NCBI RefSeq assembly: GCF_016127575.1
Contig: NZ_CP066018.1
Coordinates: 1,710,001-1,742,000, forward strand
Length of the DNA: 32,000 nt
Origin: Cupriavidus necator
GTDB lineage: Bacteria; Pseudomonadota; Gammaproteobacteria; Burkholderiales; Burkholderiaceae
Reading direction: 5' to 3'
Shown one piece after another: positions 17,103 to 24,314 of the stretch. How positions within the stretch are numbered: position 1 is the first letter of the stretch; the number at the start of each line of letters is the position of its first letter. The translations under genes and the position numbers were made by a program. The notes beneath the pieces are model-generated. The model did not search any database, was not told where the DNA came from, and was given only the letters and a program-made list of their open reading frames with translations.

Positions 17103-17555
17103 ATGCGGCGAGCATTTATTCGAGCATCGGCGGCACTGGCCGCCATCGGCCTGTCGGCAAAAGCCGCGGCCCAGGCCGCGCCGGCTGCGGGCAAGGGCGG
17201 GCGCATCAAGGTGGTGTACCAGCTGTCGGAAGGCATCGACCAGGCGGTGCGCGCGATGGGCAACCTGCGCAACCACCTGAACGGCGCGCCGGGAACGAAG
17301 ATCGTGGTGGTGGCGTTCGGCTACGGCATCGATTTCCTGGTCGAAGGCGCCAAGGATGCGCGCGGCAACACCTTTGACGGCCCGGTGGGCGCGCTGGCCT
17401 CGGCCGGGGTGGAGTTCCGCGTGTGCCGCAACACGCTGACCGCACGCAAGATTGCGGAATCGAGCCTGTTGATGGAAGCCAAAGTGGTACCGGCCGGCGT
17501 GGTCGAGATTGCGCGCCTGCAGGCCGAAGAAGGCTACGCCTATATCAAGCCCTGA
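17103..17555 (+). CDS. Exported DsrE/DsrF-like (COG1416-type) protein with a single conserved-looking Cys
   Basis: The N-terminus MRRAFIRASAALAAIGLSAKAAAQA looks like a Tat/Sec signal. The mature part, KVVYQLSEG...KIVVVAFGYGIDFL...VEFRVCRNTL...VVPAGVVEIARLQ, fits the small alpha/beta DsrE-like fold as I recall it. Family assignment needs an HMM search. Confidence 0.65.
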   Translation: MRRAFIRASAALAAIGLSAKAAAQAAPAAGKGGRIKVVYQLSEGIDQAVRAMGNLRNHLNGAPGTKIVVVAFGYGIDFLVEGAKDARGNTFDGPVGALASAGVEFRVCRNTLTARKIAESSLLMEAKVVPAGVVEIARLQAEEGYAYIKP

Positions 17556-17628
17556 GCCGGGCGGCGTAGCTTCCGGCAACAAGAGAGAGAACGGCCCGCC
17601 ACGGTGCGAGGCCGCGAGGAGAAGCCCC

Positions 17629-18456
17629 ATGAACACCATCCGAAGCCTGGCCCGGCGCGCCGCGCTGGCCGCGGCGGCCACCGCTGCGGTGGCCTCAGCT
17701 GCCGCCGTGCATGCGCAGGGCAGCACCGCCGACGAAATCGCCAAGTACCGCCAGATGCTGGCCGAAGGCAATCCCGCCGAATTGTGGGAAGCCGCAGGCG
17801 AAGAACTGTGGAAGAAGCCGGCCGGCCCGAAGAACGCCTCGCTGGAACAATGCGACCTGGGCAAGGGCCCGGGCGTGACCAAGGGCGCCTACGCCGAGCT
17901 GCCGCGCTACTTCAAGGACGCCGGCAAGGTGATGGACCTGGAGCAGCGGCTCGCCTACTGCCGCATGACGCTGCAGGGGCTGACCAGGGAAGAGGCAACG
18001 AAGAACCCGTTCTCGTCGTCGGGCAAGCCGTCCGAGATCGAGCGCCTGGTGGCCTACCTGACCGGCGAGTCGCGCGGCGTGAAGATGAACGTGCAGCTCG
18101 GCCATCCCGAAGAAAAGCGCACCTATGCGCTGGGCGAGAAGATGTTCTTCTACCGCGGCGGCGCCTATGACTTTGCCTGCGCCACCTGCCATGCGGTGGA
18201 CGGCCAGCGCATCCGCCTGCAGGACCTGCCCAACCTGCTGACCGACAAGGGCGCGCAGGCGGCCTACACCACCTGGCCCGCCTACCGCGTCTCGCAGGGC
18301 GAGGTCCGCACCATGCAGCACCGCCTGTACGACTGCCTGCGCCAGCAGCGCTTTCCCGAACCCGCCTATGGCTCGGACGTGATCACCGCGCTGACCATGT
18401 TCCTGGCGAAGAACGCCAACGGCGGGACCTACGACGGTCCGGCGATGAAGCGCTGA
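17629..18456 (+). CDS. soxA: Monohaem cytochrome SoxA
   Basis: The ATG at 17629 follows gaggagaag. There is a signal peptide and a single CXXCH (CATCH). The block MQHRLYDCLRQQR contains the Cys that ligates the active-site haem in characterised SoxA. No second haem motif is present. Confidence 0.9.
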   Translation: MNTIRSLARRAALAAAATAAVASAAAVHAQGSTADEIAKYRQMLAEGNPAELWEAAGEELWKKPAGPKNASLEQCDLGKGPGVTKGAYAELPRYFKDAGKVMDLEQRLAYCRMTLQGLTREEATKNPFSSSGKPSEIERLVAYLTGESRGVKMNVQLGHPEEKRTYALGEKMFFYRGGAYDFACATCHAVDGQRIRLQDLPNLLTDKGAQAAYTTWPAYRVSQGEVRTMQHRLYDCLRQQRFPEPAYGSDVITALTMFLAKNANGGTYDGPAMKR

Positions 18457-18475
18457 CCAGTACGGGAGAGACAAC

Positions 18476-19138
18476 ATGCAACGACAACACCAGGCACTGG
18501 CCATCGCGGCCCTGGCCACCCTGCTGGCAAGCGGCGCCCACGCGCAGGACAGCGCCAAGGCCCGCGCGCCCAAGGGCAAGCCCGCCGCCGTCAGCGGTGC
18601 CGATATGAAGCACCTGATCGAGGACTCGTTCTCGTCGCGCGGGCCGGTCACGGTCGAGGGCGTGCTCAACCAGGACGGCATGCAGCTGGCCTGCAGCCAG
18701 TACCCGGACCGCACCAAGGTGCCGGCAAAGCTTGCCAAGAAGATCGAAGCGGCCGAGCTCAAGCAGGTGAAATACCCCGCCGAAGACAAATGGCTGGGCG
18801 ACTGGAAGGAAGGCGAAAAGGTCGCCCAGAACGGCCGCGGCATGCAGTTCACCGACCAGGTCGGCGGCACCAACGGCGGCAATTGCTACGCCTGCCACCA
18901 GATGACCAAGGCCGAGATCTCGTTCGGCAATATCGGCCCGTCGCTGTACCAGTACGGCAAGCTGCGCGGCAACTCGCAGGAAGTCATCAAGTACACCTGG
19001 GGCAAGATCTGGGACTCCAGCGCCTACGCCGCCTGCTCCAACATGCCGCGCTTTGGCCACAAGGGCATCCTGACCGAGGCCCAGATCCGCGACGTGATGG
19101 CGCTGCTGCTCGACCCGGCCTCGCCGGTCAACCAGTAA
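18476..19138 (+). CDS. soxX: Cytochrome SoxX (long form with an N-terminal extension)
   Basis: There is a signal peptide and the haem motif CYACH. Blocks: FGNIGPSLY and NMPRFGHKGILT. It starts 19 nt after soxA ends. Confidence 0.88.
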   Translation: MQRQHQALAIAALATLLASGAHAQDSAKARAPKGKPAAVSGADMKHLIEDSFSSRGPVTVEGVLNQDGMQLACSQYPDRTKVPAKLAKKIEAAELKQVKYPAEDKWLGDWKEGEKVAQNGRGMQFTDQVGGTNGGNCYACHQMTKAEISFGNIGPSLYQYGKLRGNSQEVIKYTWGKIWDSSAYAACSNMPRFGHKGILTEAQIRDVMALLLDPASPVNQ

Positions 19139-19143
19139 GGCCG

Positions 19144-19638
19144 ATGCGCGCGCCTGCCGTGCTGCTGCGCTGGCTGCTGGCCTTCAGCCTGACCGGCGCC
19201 GCAGCTGGCGCGGCAGCGCTGGAGGTCGGCGACACCGTGCGCCTGCCCGACGTGCGCACGCTCGACGGACGCACGCTCAGCGCTGGCGCGCTGGCCGGCA
19301 AGCCGCTGGTGGTCGAATACTGGGCCTCGTGGTGCCCGTTCTGCGCGATGCAGAACCCGCGCCTGCAGAAGCTTTACGAACGCACGCGCGGCACGCCGCT
19401 GCAGGTGCTGACCATCAGCATCGACAAGGATCCGCGCGAGGCTGCCGACTACATGAAGAAGCGCGGCTACACCTTCCCGGCGACGATGGATTCGCCCGAG
19501 CTGCAGGCCGTGTTCGGCAAGCGCAAGGGACTGCCGGAGCTGTACGTGATCGACGCGCGCGGCCGCGTGGCGCAGAAGGAAGTGGGCGAAATGCTTGAAG
19601 ACGACGTGGCGGCGCTGGAGCGGTACGCGCGGCCATAG
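19144..19638 (+). CDS. Periplasmic thioredoxin-fold (TlpA/SoxW/SoxS-like) thiol:disulfide oxidoreductase
   Basis: The ATG at 19144 is 5 nt after the soxX stop. There is a signal peptide and the redox motif WASWCPFC in a TlpA-like context. Confidence 0.8.
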   Translation: MRAPAVLLRWLLAFSLTGAAAGAAALEVGDTVRLPDVRTLDGRTLSAGALAGKPLVVEYWASWCPFCAMQNPRLQKLYERTRGTPLQVLTISIDKDPREAADYMKKRGYTFPATMDSPELQAVFGKRKGLPELYVIDARGRVAQKEVGEMLEDDVAALERYARP

Positions 19639-19698
19639 TTTTGCGATGGCGGACGCCCGCGCCAGGGCCGACCGCCAGCGCCAATTCCAGGAAGAGAC

Positions 19699-21420
19699 AT
19701 GAACCGACGCGAGTTCCTGCAGGTGCTGGCCATTGCCGGCGCCGGCGGCATGACGTTCCCCCATCAAGACGCGCACGCCGCGCAGGCCGCCGAGGCCATG
19801 TACGACCTGCCGCGCTTCGGCAACGTCCACCTGCTGCATTTCACCGACTGCCATGCGCAGCTGCGGCCGGTGTATTTCCGCGAGCCCAACGTCAACCTGG
19901 GCATCGGCGACTATGCCGGCAAGCCGCCGCACCTGGTCGGCGACGCGCTGCTGCGCCAGTACGGCATCCGCCCCGGCACGCCGCAGGCGCATGCGTTCAC
20001 CTACCTGGATTTCAACGAGGCCGCGCGCCGCTATGGCAAGGTCGGCGGGTTTGCGCACCTGGCCACGCTGGTGAAACGGCTGAAGGCGGACCGGCCGGGC
20101 GCCTTGCTGCTCGATGGCGGTGATACCTGGCAGGGCTCGGCCACCGCGCTATGGACCAAGGGCCAGGACATGGTCGACGCCGCGCTGGCGCTGGGCGTGG
20201 ACGTGATGACGCCGCACTGGGAGATGACCCTGGGCGCGGACCGCGTCAAGGAGATCGTCGACAAGGACTTCAAGGGCAAGGTCGCCTTCCTGGCGCAGAA
20301 CATCAAGACCAACGATTTCGGCGATCCGGTGTTCGATCCGTACGTGATCCGCGAGATCAACGGCGTGCCGGTGGCCATCATCGGCCAGGCGTTCCCGTAC
20401 ACGCCCATCGCCAACCCGCGCTACTTCGTGCCGGACTGGACCTTCGGCATCCAGGAAGAGAACCTGCAGCAGGTCATCGACGCAGCGCGCGGCAAGGGCG
20501 CGCAGGCGGTGGTGCTGCTGTCCCACAACGGCATGGATGTGGACTTGAAGCTGGCCTCGCGCGTGCGCGGGCTCGATGCCATCCTGGGCGGCCATACCCA
20601 TGACGGCATGCCCGCGCCGGTGCCGGTGAAGAATGCCGGCGGCACCACGCTGGTGACCAATGCCGGCTCCAACGGCAAGTTCCTCGGCGTGCTGGACTTT
20701 GATGTGAAGGGCGGCAAGGTCGCGGACTTTCGCTACCGGCTGCTGCCGGTGTTCGCCAACTACCTGCCGGCCGATCCCGCCATGGACGCGCTGATCAGGA
20801 AGGTACGCGCGCCCTATGAGCAAAAACTGGGCGAAGTGCTGGCCGTCAACCGCGGCCTGCTGTACCGCCGCGGCAATTTCAATGGCACCTTCGACCAGCT
20901 GATCCTGGACGGCCTGATGCAGGCCCAGGGCGCGCAGATCGCGTTCTCGCCGGGCTTCCGCTGGGGCACCACGCTGCTGCCGGGCGAGGCCATCACCATG
21001 GAACACCTGATGGACCAGACCGCCATCACCTACCCGTACACCACGGTGACGCAGATGAGCGGCGAGACCATCAAGACCATCCTGGAAGACGTGGCCGACA
21101 ACCTGTTCAACCCCGACCCGTACTACCAGCAGGGCGGCGACATGGTGCGCGTGGGCGGGCTGCAGTACACCATCGATCCGACCGCCGGCATGGGCAAGCG
21201 CATCAGCGACATGCGCCTGGCCGGCAAGCCGCTGGAAGCCGGCAAGACCTACAAGGTGGCGGGCTGGGCCCCGGTGGCCGAAGAGGCGCGCCAGGCCGGC
21301 GGCGCGCCGATCTGGGACGTGATGGCGCAGTGGCTGCGCAGCACCAGGGAAGTCAGCGCCCGCCCGCTGAACCTGCCGCGCGTGCGCGGCATGGACGGCA
21401 ATCCGGGCATGGCCGCCTGA
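19699..21420 (+). CDS. soxB: Thiosulfohydrolase SoxB
   Basis: Tat signal NRREFLQVLAIAG. Dinuclear metallophosphoesterase blocks HFTDCHAQL, GGDTWQGS, SHNGMDVD and GGHTHD. The length (573 aa) is typical of SoxB. Confidence 0.92.
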   Translation: MNRREFLQVLAIAGAGGMTFPHQDAHAAQAAEAMYDLPRFGNVHLLHFTDCHAQLRPVYFREPNVNLGIGDYAGKPPHLVGDALLRQYGIRPGTPQAHAFTYLDFNEAARRYGKVGGFAHLATLVKRLKADRPGALLLDGGDTWQGSATALWTKGQDMVDAALALGVDVMTPHWEMTLGADRVKEIVDKDFKGKVAFLAQNIKTNDFGDPVFDPYVIREINGVPVAIIGQAFPYTPIANPRYFVPDWTFGIQEENLQQVIDAARGKGAQAVVLLSHNGMDVDLKLASRVRGLDAILGGHTHDGMPAPVPVKNAGGTTLVTNAGSNGKFLGVLDFDVKGGKVADFRYRLLPVFANYLPADPAMDALIRKVRAPYEQKLGEVLAVNRGLLYRRGNFNGTFDQLILDGLMQAQGAQIAFSPGFRWGTTLLPGEAITMEHLMDQTAITYPYTTVTQMSGETIKTILEDVADNLFNPDPYYQQGGDMVRVGGLQYTIDPTAGMGKRISDMRLAGKPLEAGKTYKVAGWAPVAEEARQAGGAPIWDVMAQWLRSTREVSARPLNLPRVRGMDGNPGMAA

Positions 21421-21454
21421 TGTTGTGCGGCCCCGTCACGCGCCGCGCAGAGGA

Positions 21455-21484
21455 TTGAAGGGCGCTGCGGTATTACGCTACAAT
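21455..21484 (+). promoter_or_regulatory. Sigma70-type promoter for tRNA-Ala
   Basis: TTGAAG (21455-21460), an 18-nt spacer, then TACAAT (21479-21484), placed 10 nt upstream of the mature tRNA 5' end. Confidence 0.5.
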
Positions 21485-21494
21485 CAACCGCCAC

Positions 21495-21570
21495 GGGCCG
21501 ATAGCTCAGCTGGGAGAGCGCTGCGTTCGCAATGCAGAGGTCGGGAGTTCGATCCTCCTTCGGTCCACCA
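21495..21570 (+). tRNA. tRNA-Ala (anticodon CGC)
   Basis: A 76-nt cloverleaf folded by hand. Acceptor GGGCCGA/TCGGTCC has the G3:U70 alanine identity pair. D arm GCTC-AGCTGGGA-GAGC. Anticodon stem CTGCG/TGCAG with loop TTCGCAA. T arm GGGAG-TTCGATC-CTCCT. The CCA end is encoded. Confidence 0.9.
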
Positions 21571-21582
21571 GATATCCCGCGC

Positions 21583-21627
21583 AAAAGCCCCGGAAAGCCA
21601 ACGCTTTCCGGGGCTTTTGTGTTTCTG
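21583..21627 (+). terminator. Rho-independent terminator after tRNA-Ala
   Basis: Perfect 16-bp stem AAAAGCCCCGGAAAGC / GCTTTCCGGGGCTTTT (21583-21598 and 21603-21618) with loop caac, followed by a T-rich tail gtgtttctg. Confidence 0.8.
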
Positions 21628-21824
21628 CCGCCTGCGCTGTCCGTCATCTCGCGCTGGCAGCCGCCATACGCTATCGTTGACTCCTCGGCACAGGCGTACG
21701 CGCCTTTGCCGCCGCCAACCTACGCCCGCCGGGGCCTTGTTCGATCCCATGCAAGCCAACAGGAAATCGAGCCACCCGCTGGCGATGTCCCTGCGCTGGC
21801 AATCCTGAATCTCAAGAGACATCC

Positions 21825-22502
21825 ATGAGCCACATCCTGCTGATCAACCCGAATACGTCGAGTGCCACCACGCAGATGATGGTCGAGATCGCGCGCGCCT
21901 GGTTCGCGCAGGCCATGGCCGCGCCGCCGGCCGTGGTCGGCGCGACGGTCTCGCGCGGGGCGCCGATGATCATCGATGAAGACGACCTTGCCGTCGCCGC
22001 CGAGGCTATGTGTGATGCAGACATGCTGCGCCTGGCCGGCGGTGCCGACGGCGTGATCGTCGGCGCCTTCGGCGACCCCGGCATCGAGGCCCTGCGCGCG
22101 CAGCTGTCAGTGCCGGTGGTGGGTATCGGCGAAGCCTCGATGCACGCGGCCGCGGCCGGGCGGCGGCGCTTCGGCATCGCCACCACCACGCCGCGGCTGG
22201 CGGCGTCGATCAGCGCCAGCGTGCGCCGGCAGGGGTTGGACGAGCTGTTCACGGGCACGCGCTTCACCGAGGGCGATCCGCGCGCGCTGGGCGGTGCGCC
22301 GCAGCAGCAGGAAGACCTGCTGGCGGGCGCAGTCGATACCTGCATCCGAGCCGACGGCGCGCAAGCCGTGATCATCGGCGGCGGCCCGCTGGGCGAGGCC
22401 GCCCGAGCGCTGGGCCAGCGCTTTCCGATTCCCGTCATCGGCCCGGTGCCGGCGGCGTGCGCGGCCATGTCGCGGGCGCTGCGCTATTGCCCGGCGGCGT
22501 AA
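21825..22502 (+). CDS. Asp/Glu/hydantoin racemase family protein
   Basis: N-terminus MSHILLINPNTSSATT, then GAFGDPGIEALR and AVIIGGGPLG blocks, as in hydantoin-racemase-like proteins (from memory). Substrate unknown. Confidence 0.7.
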   Translation: MSHILLINPNTSSATTQMMVEIARAWFAQAMAAPPAVVGATVSRGAPMIIDEDDLAVAAEAMCDADMLRLAGGADGVIVGAFGDPGIEALRAQLSVPVVGIGEASMHAAAAGRRRFGIATTTPRLAASISASVRRQGLDELFTGTRFTEGDPRALGGAPQQQEDLLAGAVDTCIRADGAQAVIIGGGPLGEAARALGQRFPIPVIGPVPAACAAMSRALRYCPAA

Positions 22503-22559
22503 GCCGGCCCATGGGGACAACAAGGAGCTGGGTCGCGCCAGCGTGCAGGCGCGGGTAGG

Positions 22560-22811
22560 CTAGGCCACCCGGGTCGGCCGGCGGGCCTTCATCGCCGAGG
22601 GCCGTACCTGTTGCAGCGCGCGCAGCGACTGCAGCGCGTCCTCGACCGCCTCGATGCCGTCGCGCAGGCGGCCGATGGCATAGCCAAGGCGGCTTTGCGC
22701 ATCGGCGTCAGGGGTGGAAAGGTTCTCTAATGCATCGACTTCCGCCTGCATCTGTCCGACCAGGCGGCGCAGCTGGGATGTGCTGTGCGAGGCAAGTGAC
22801 CGAATCGCCAT
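22560..22811 (-). CDS. Small (83 aa) predicted all-helical protein, unknown function
   Basis: The ATG at 22811 has a strong AAGGAGGA RBS 5 nt upstream. Codons are G/C-ending. The sequence is heptad-like (LRRLVGQMQAEVDALENL ... IEAVEDALQSLRALQQ) with a basic tail. I recognise no family. Confidence 0.55.
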   Translation of the reverse strand: MAIRSLASHSTSQLRRLVGQMQAEVDALENLSTPDADAQSRLGYAIGRLRDGIEAVEDALQSLRALQQVRPSAMKARRPTRVA

Positions 22812-22940
22812 CGTTGGGTCCTCCTTGCAGTGTCCGGGTGTTCCCGTCCTGTGTAACGGTAAAGGCGACACCAGAACTTCGCCAGCGCTGTTACGAAATC
22901 AGCACGGCAGCGCCGCCGTGGCCCGGTCCGCCTATCGCGG

Positions 22941-23930
22941 ATGTTGGGCTATAGTCACCCGATGGAATCGGAACACAACCCTCTGCGGCCGGCATCCGCC
23001 GGCCTTCCGGACGACGCCACCGCCGCCAGCCCGGCCGAGGCCGACGCGCGCCACCGGGCTGGCCGGCGCAGCACGCTGGTCAGCGTGGCCGTCAATATCG
23101 GCCTGACCGCCGCGCAGGCGGTGGCCGGTGTCATCTCTGGCTCGCAGGCGCTGATCGCCGACGCCGCGCATTCCCTCTCGGACCTGCTGTCCGACTTCGT
23201 GGTGCTGCTGGCCGCCTGGCAGAGCCGCAAGGATCCGGACGCCCACCACCAGTACGGCCACCTGCGCTTCGAGACCGCAGCGTCGCTGGCACTCGGCGTG
23301 CTGCTGCTGGCGGTGGGGGCAGGCATGCTGTGGGCGGCGGTGGACAAATTGCAGCACCCGGCCAGCCTGCAGCCGGTGCAGCCAGTGGCCTTGTGGGTGG
23401 CGCTGGTCGCGCTGGTGTCCAAGGAACTGCTGTTCCGCTACATGCTCGCGGTGGCGCGGCGCGTGCGCTCGGGCATGCTGGTGGCCAATGCCTGGCATGC
23501 GCGCTCGGATGCGGCCTCGTCGCTGGTGGTGGCGCTGGGTATTGGCGGCAACCTGCTGGGCTACCACATGCTCGACCCGGTGGCGGCCATCGTGGTCGGG
23601 CTGATGGTGGCGCGCATGGGCCTGCGTTTCGGCTGGGATGCGCTTAACGACCTGATGGACCGCGCGGCCGACGAGGAAACCGTCGCGGCGATCCGCGCGA
23701 CCATGCTGGGCACGCCCGGCGTGCTGGGCCTGCACGACCTGCGCACCCGCAAGATGGGCGACCAGGTGCTGGTTGACGTGCACCTGGAGATCGATGCCGC
23801 GCTGACGGTGGCGCAGGGGCATGCGATCGCGGTCGAAGCCCGGCGCCGCACCCTGGAGAACCATCACGTGCTCAACGTGATGACGCACGTCGATCCCGTA
23901 TACATGGGCAGCCAGGCCAGCGCTGCCTGA
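22941..23930 (+). CDS. Cation diffusion facilitator (CDF) family divalent-metal efflux transporter
   Basis: CDF signature blocks ADAAHSLSDLLSD, HQYGHLRFE and AWHARSDAASS, plus a C-terminal cytoplasmic domain (HDLRTRKMGDQVLVDVHLEID). An alternative start is the ATG at 22962. Confidence 0.88.
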   Translation: MLGYSHPMESEHNPLRPASAGLPDDATAASPAEADARHRAGRRSTLVSVAVNIGLTAAQAVAGVISGSQALIADAAHSLSDLLSDFVVLLAAWQSRKDPDAHHQYGHLRFETAASLALGVLLLAVGAGMLWAAVDKLQHPASLQPVQPVALWVALVALVSKELLFRYMLAVARRVRSGMLVANAWHARSDAASSLVVALGIGGNLLGYHMLDPVAAIVVGLMVARMGLRFGWDALNDLMDRAADEETVAAIRATMLGTPGVLGLHDLRTRKMGDQVLVDVHLEIDAALTVAQGHAIAVEARRRTLENHHVLNVMTHVDPVYMGSQASAA

Positions 23931-24306
23931 GCCCGGCCTGTGGACATCTTTGCCGGTTGCTGGGGATAACCGGCCGGACAAGCTGTGGCCCGCCTGGGGG
24001 CGCCTTGTGGGACGTATACGGATAACTCAGACGCCCGCACTGCCGACGTATACGTGACTGCCGCGCTATCCCGGCGAATCAGGGTTATCCCGCAGTGGTT
24101 ATCTTTGCTGCAAGTCCCTGAGCCAAAAGGGGAAAGGTGACTTATCCACGGCCTGATGCCTGGTTTACCTACTACTACTATGTTTACATACGTAAACAAT
24201 ATTAAAGACATAGACAGGACCGTTGCGCTGTTCGCATTGGCCTGACGTTTACGCGGGCCATGGCGCTGGTACGCCGGCGTATACCTGGCGCGCCGGGTAT
24301 ACGTCC
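23896..24306. repeat. Array of the 10-bp palindrome ACGTATACGT and variants, with an AT-rich palindromic core
   Basis: Copies lie at 23896, 24012, 24047 (perfect), 24277 and 24295; relaxed variants lie at 24189 and 24245. A perfect 10-bp inverted repeat GGACGTATAC occurs at 24010-24019 versus 24297-24306. The central hairpin is TGTTTAC-atac-GTAAACA at 24181-24198. (CTA)4 lies at 24169-24180. Confidence 0.7.
23961..24150. promoter_or_regulatory. Cluster of DnaA-box-like 9-mers (putative; function unknown)
   Basis: Compared with the consensus TTATCCACA: TTATCCCCA (minus strand, 23961-23969), TTATCCGTA (minus, 24017-24025), TTATCCCGC (plus, 24085-24093), TTATCTTTG (plus, 24099-24107, weak) and TTATCCACG (plus, 24142-24150). 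Confidence 0.3.
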
Positions 24307-24314
24307 ACGCAACG

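Noticed and set aside
21547-21747. Possible genomic-island attachment site. The 9-nt string GTTCGATCC from the tRNA-Ala T-arm (21547-21555) recurs at 21739-21747, and the genes downstream of the tRNA are functionally mixed.
   Set aside because: Nine nucleotides is too short to be meaningful. There is no integrase, no IS element and no obvious composition change by eye, and the repeat does not extend to the tRNA 3' end as real att sites do.
24160-24210. Chromosome dimer-resolution site (dif) or a chromosomal/plasmid replication origin.
   Set aside because: The sequence does not match the XerC/XerD arm pattern I remember (GGTGCGCATAA-N6-TTATGTTAAAT). There is no dnaA, dnaN, gidA, parAB or rep gene nearby, and no 13-mer-type repeated unwinding elements. 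I report only a DnaA-box-cluster hypothesis.
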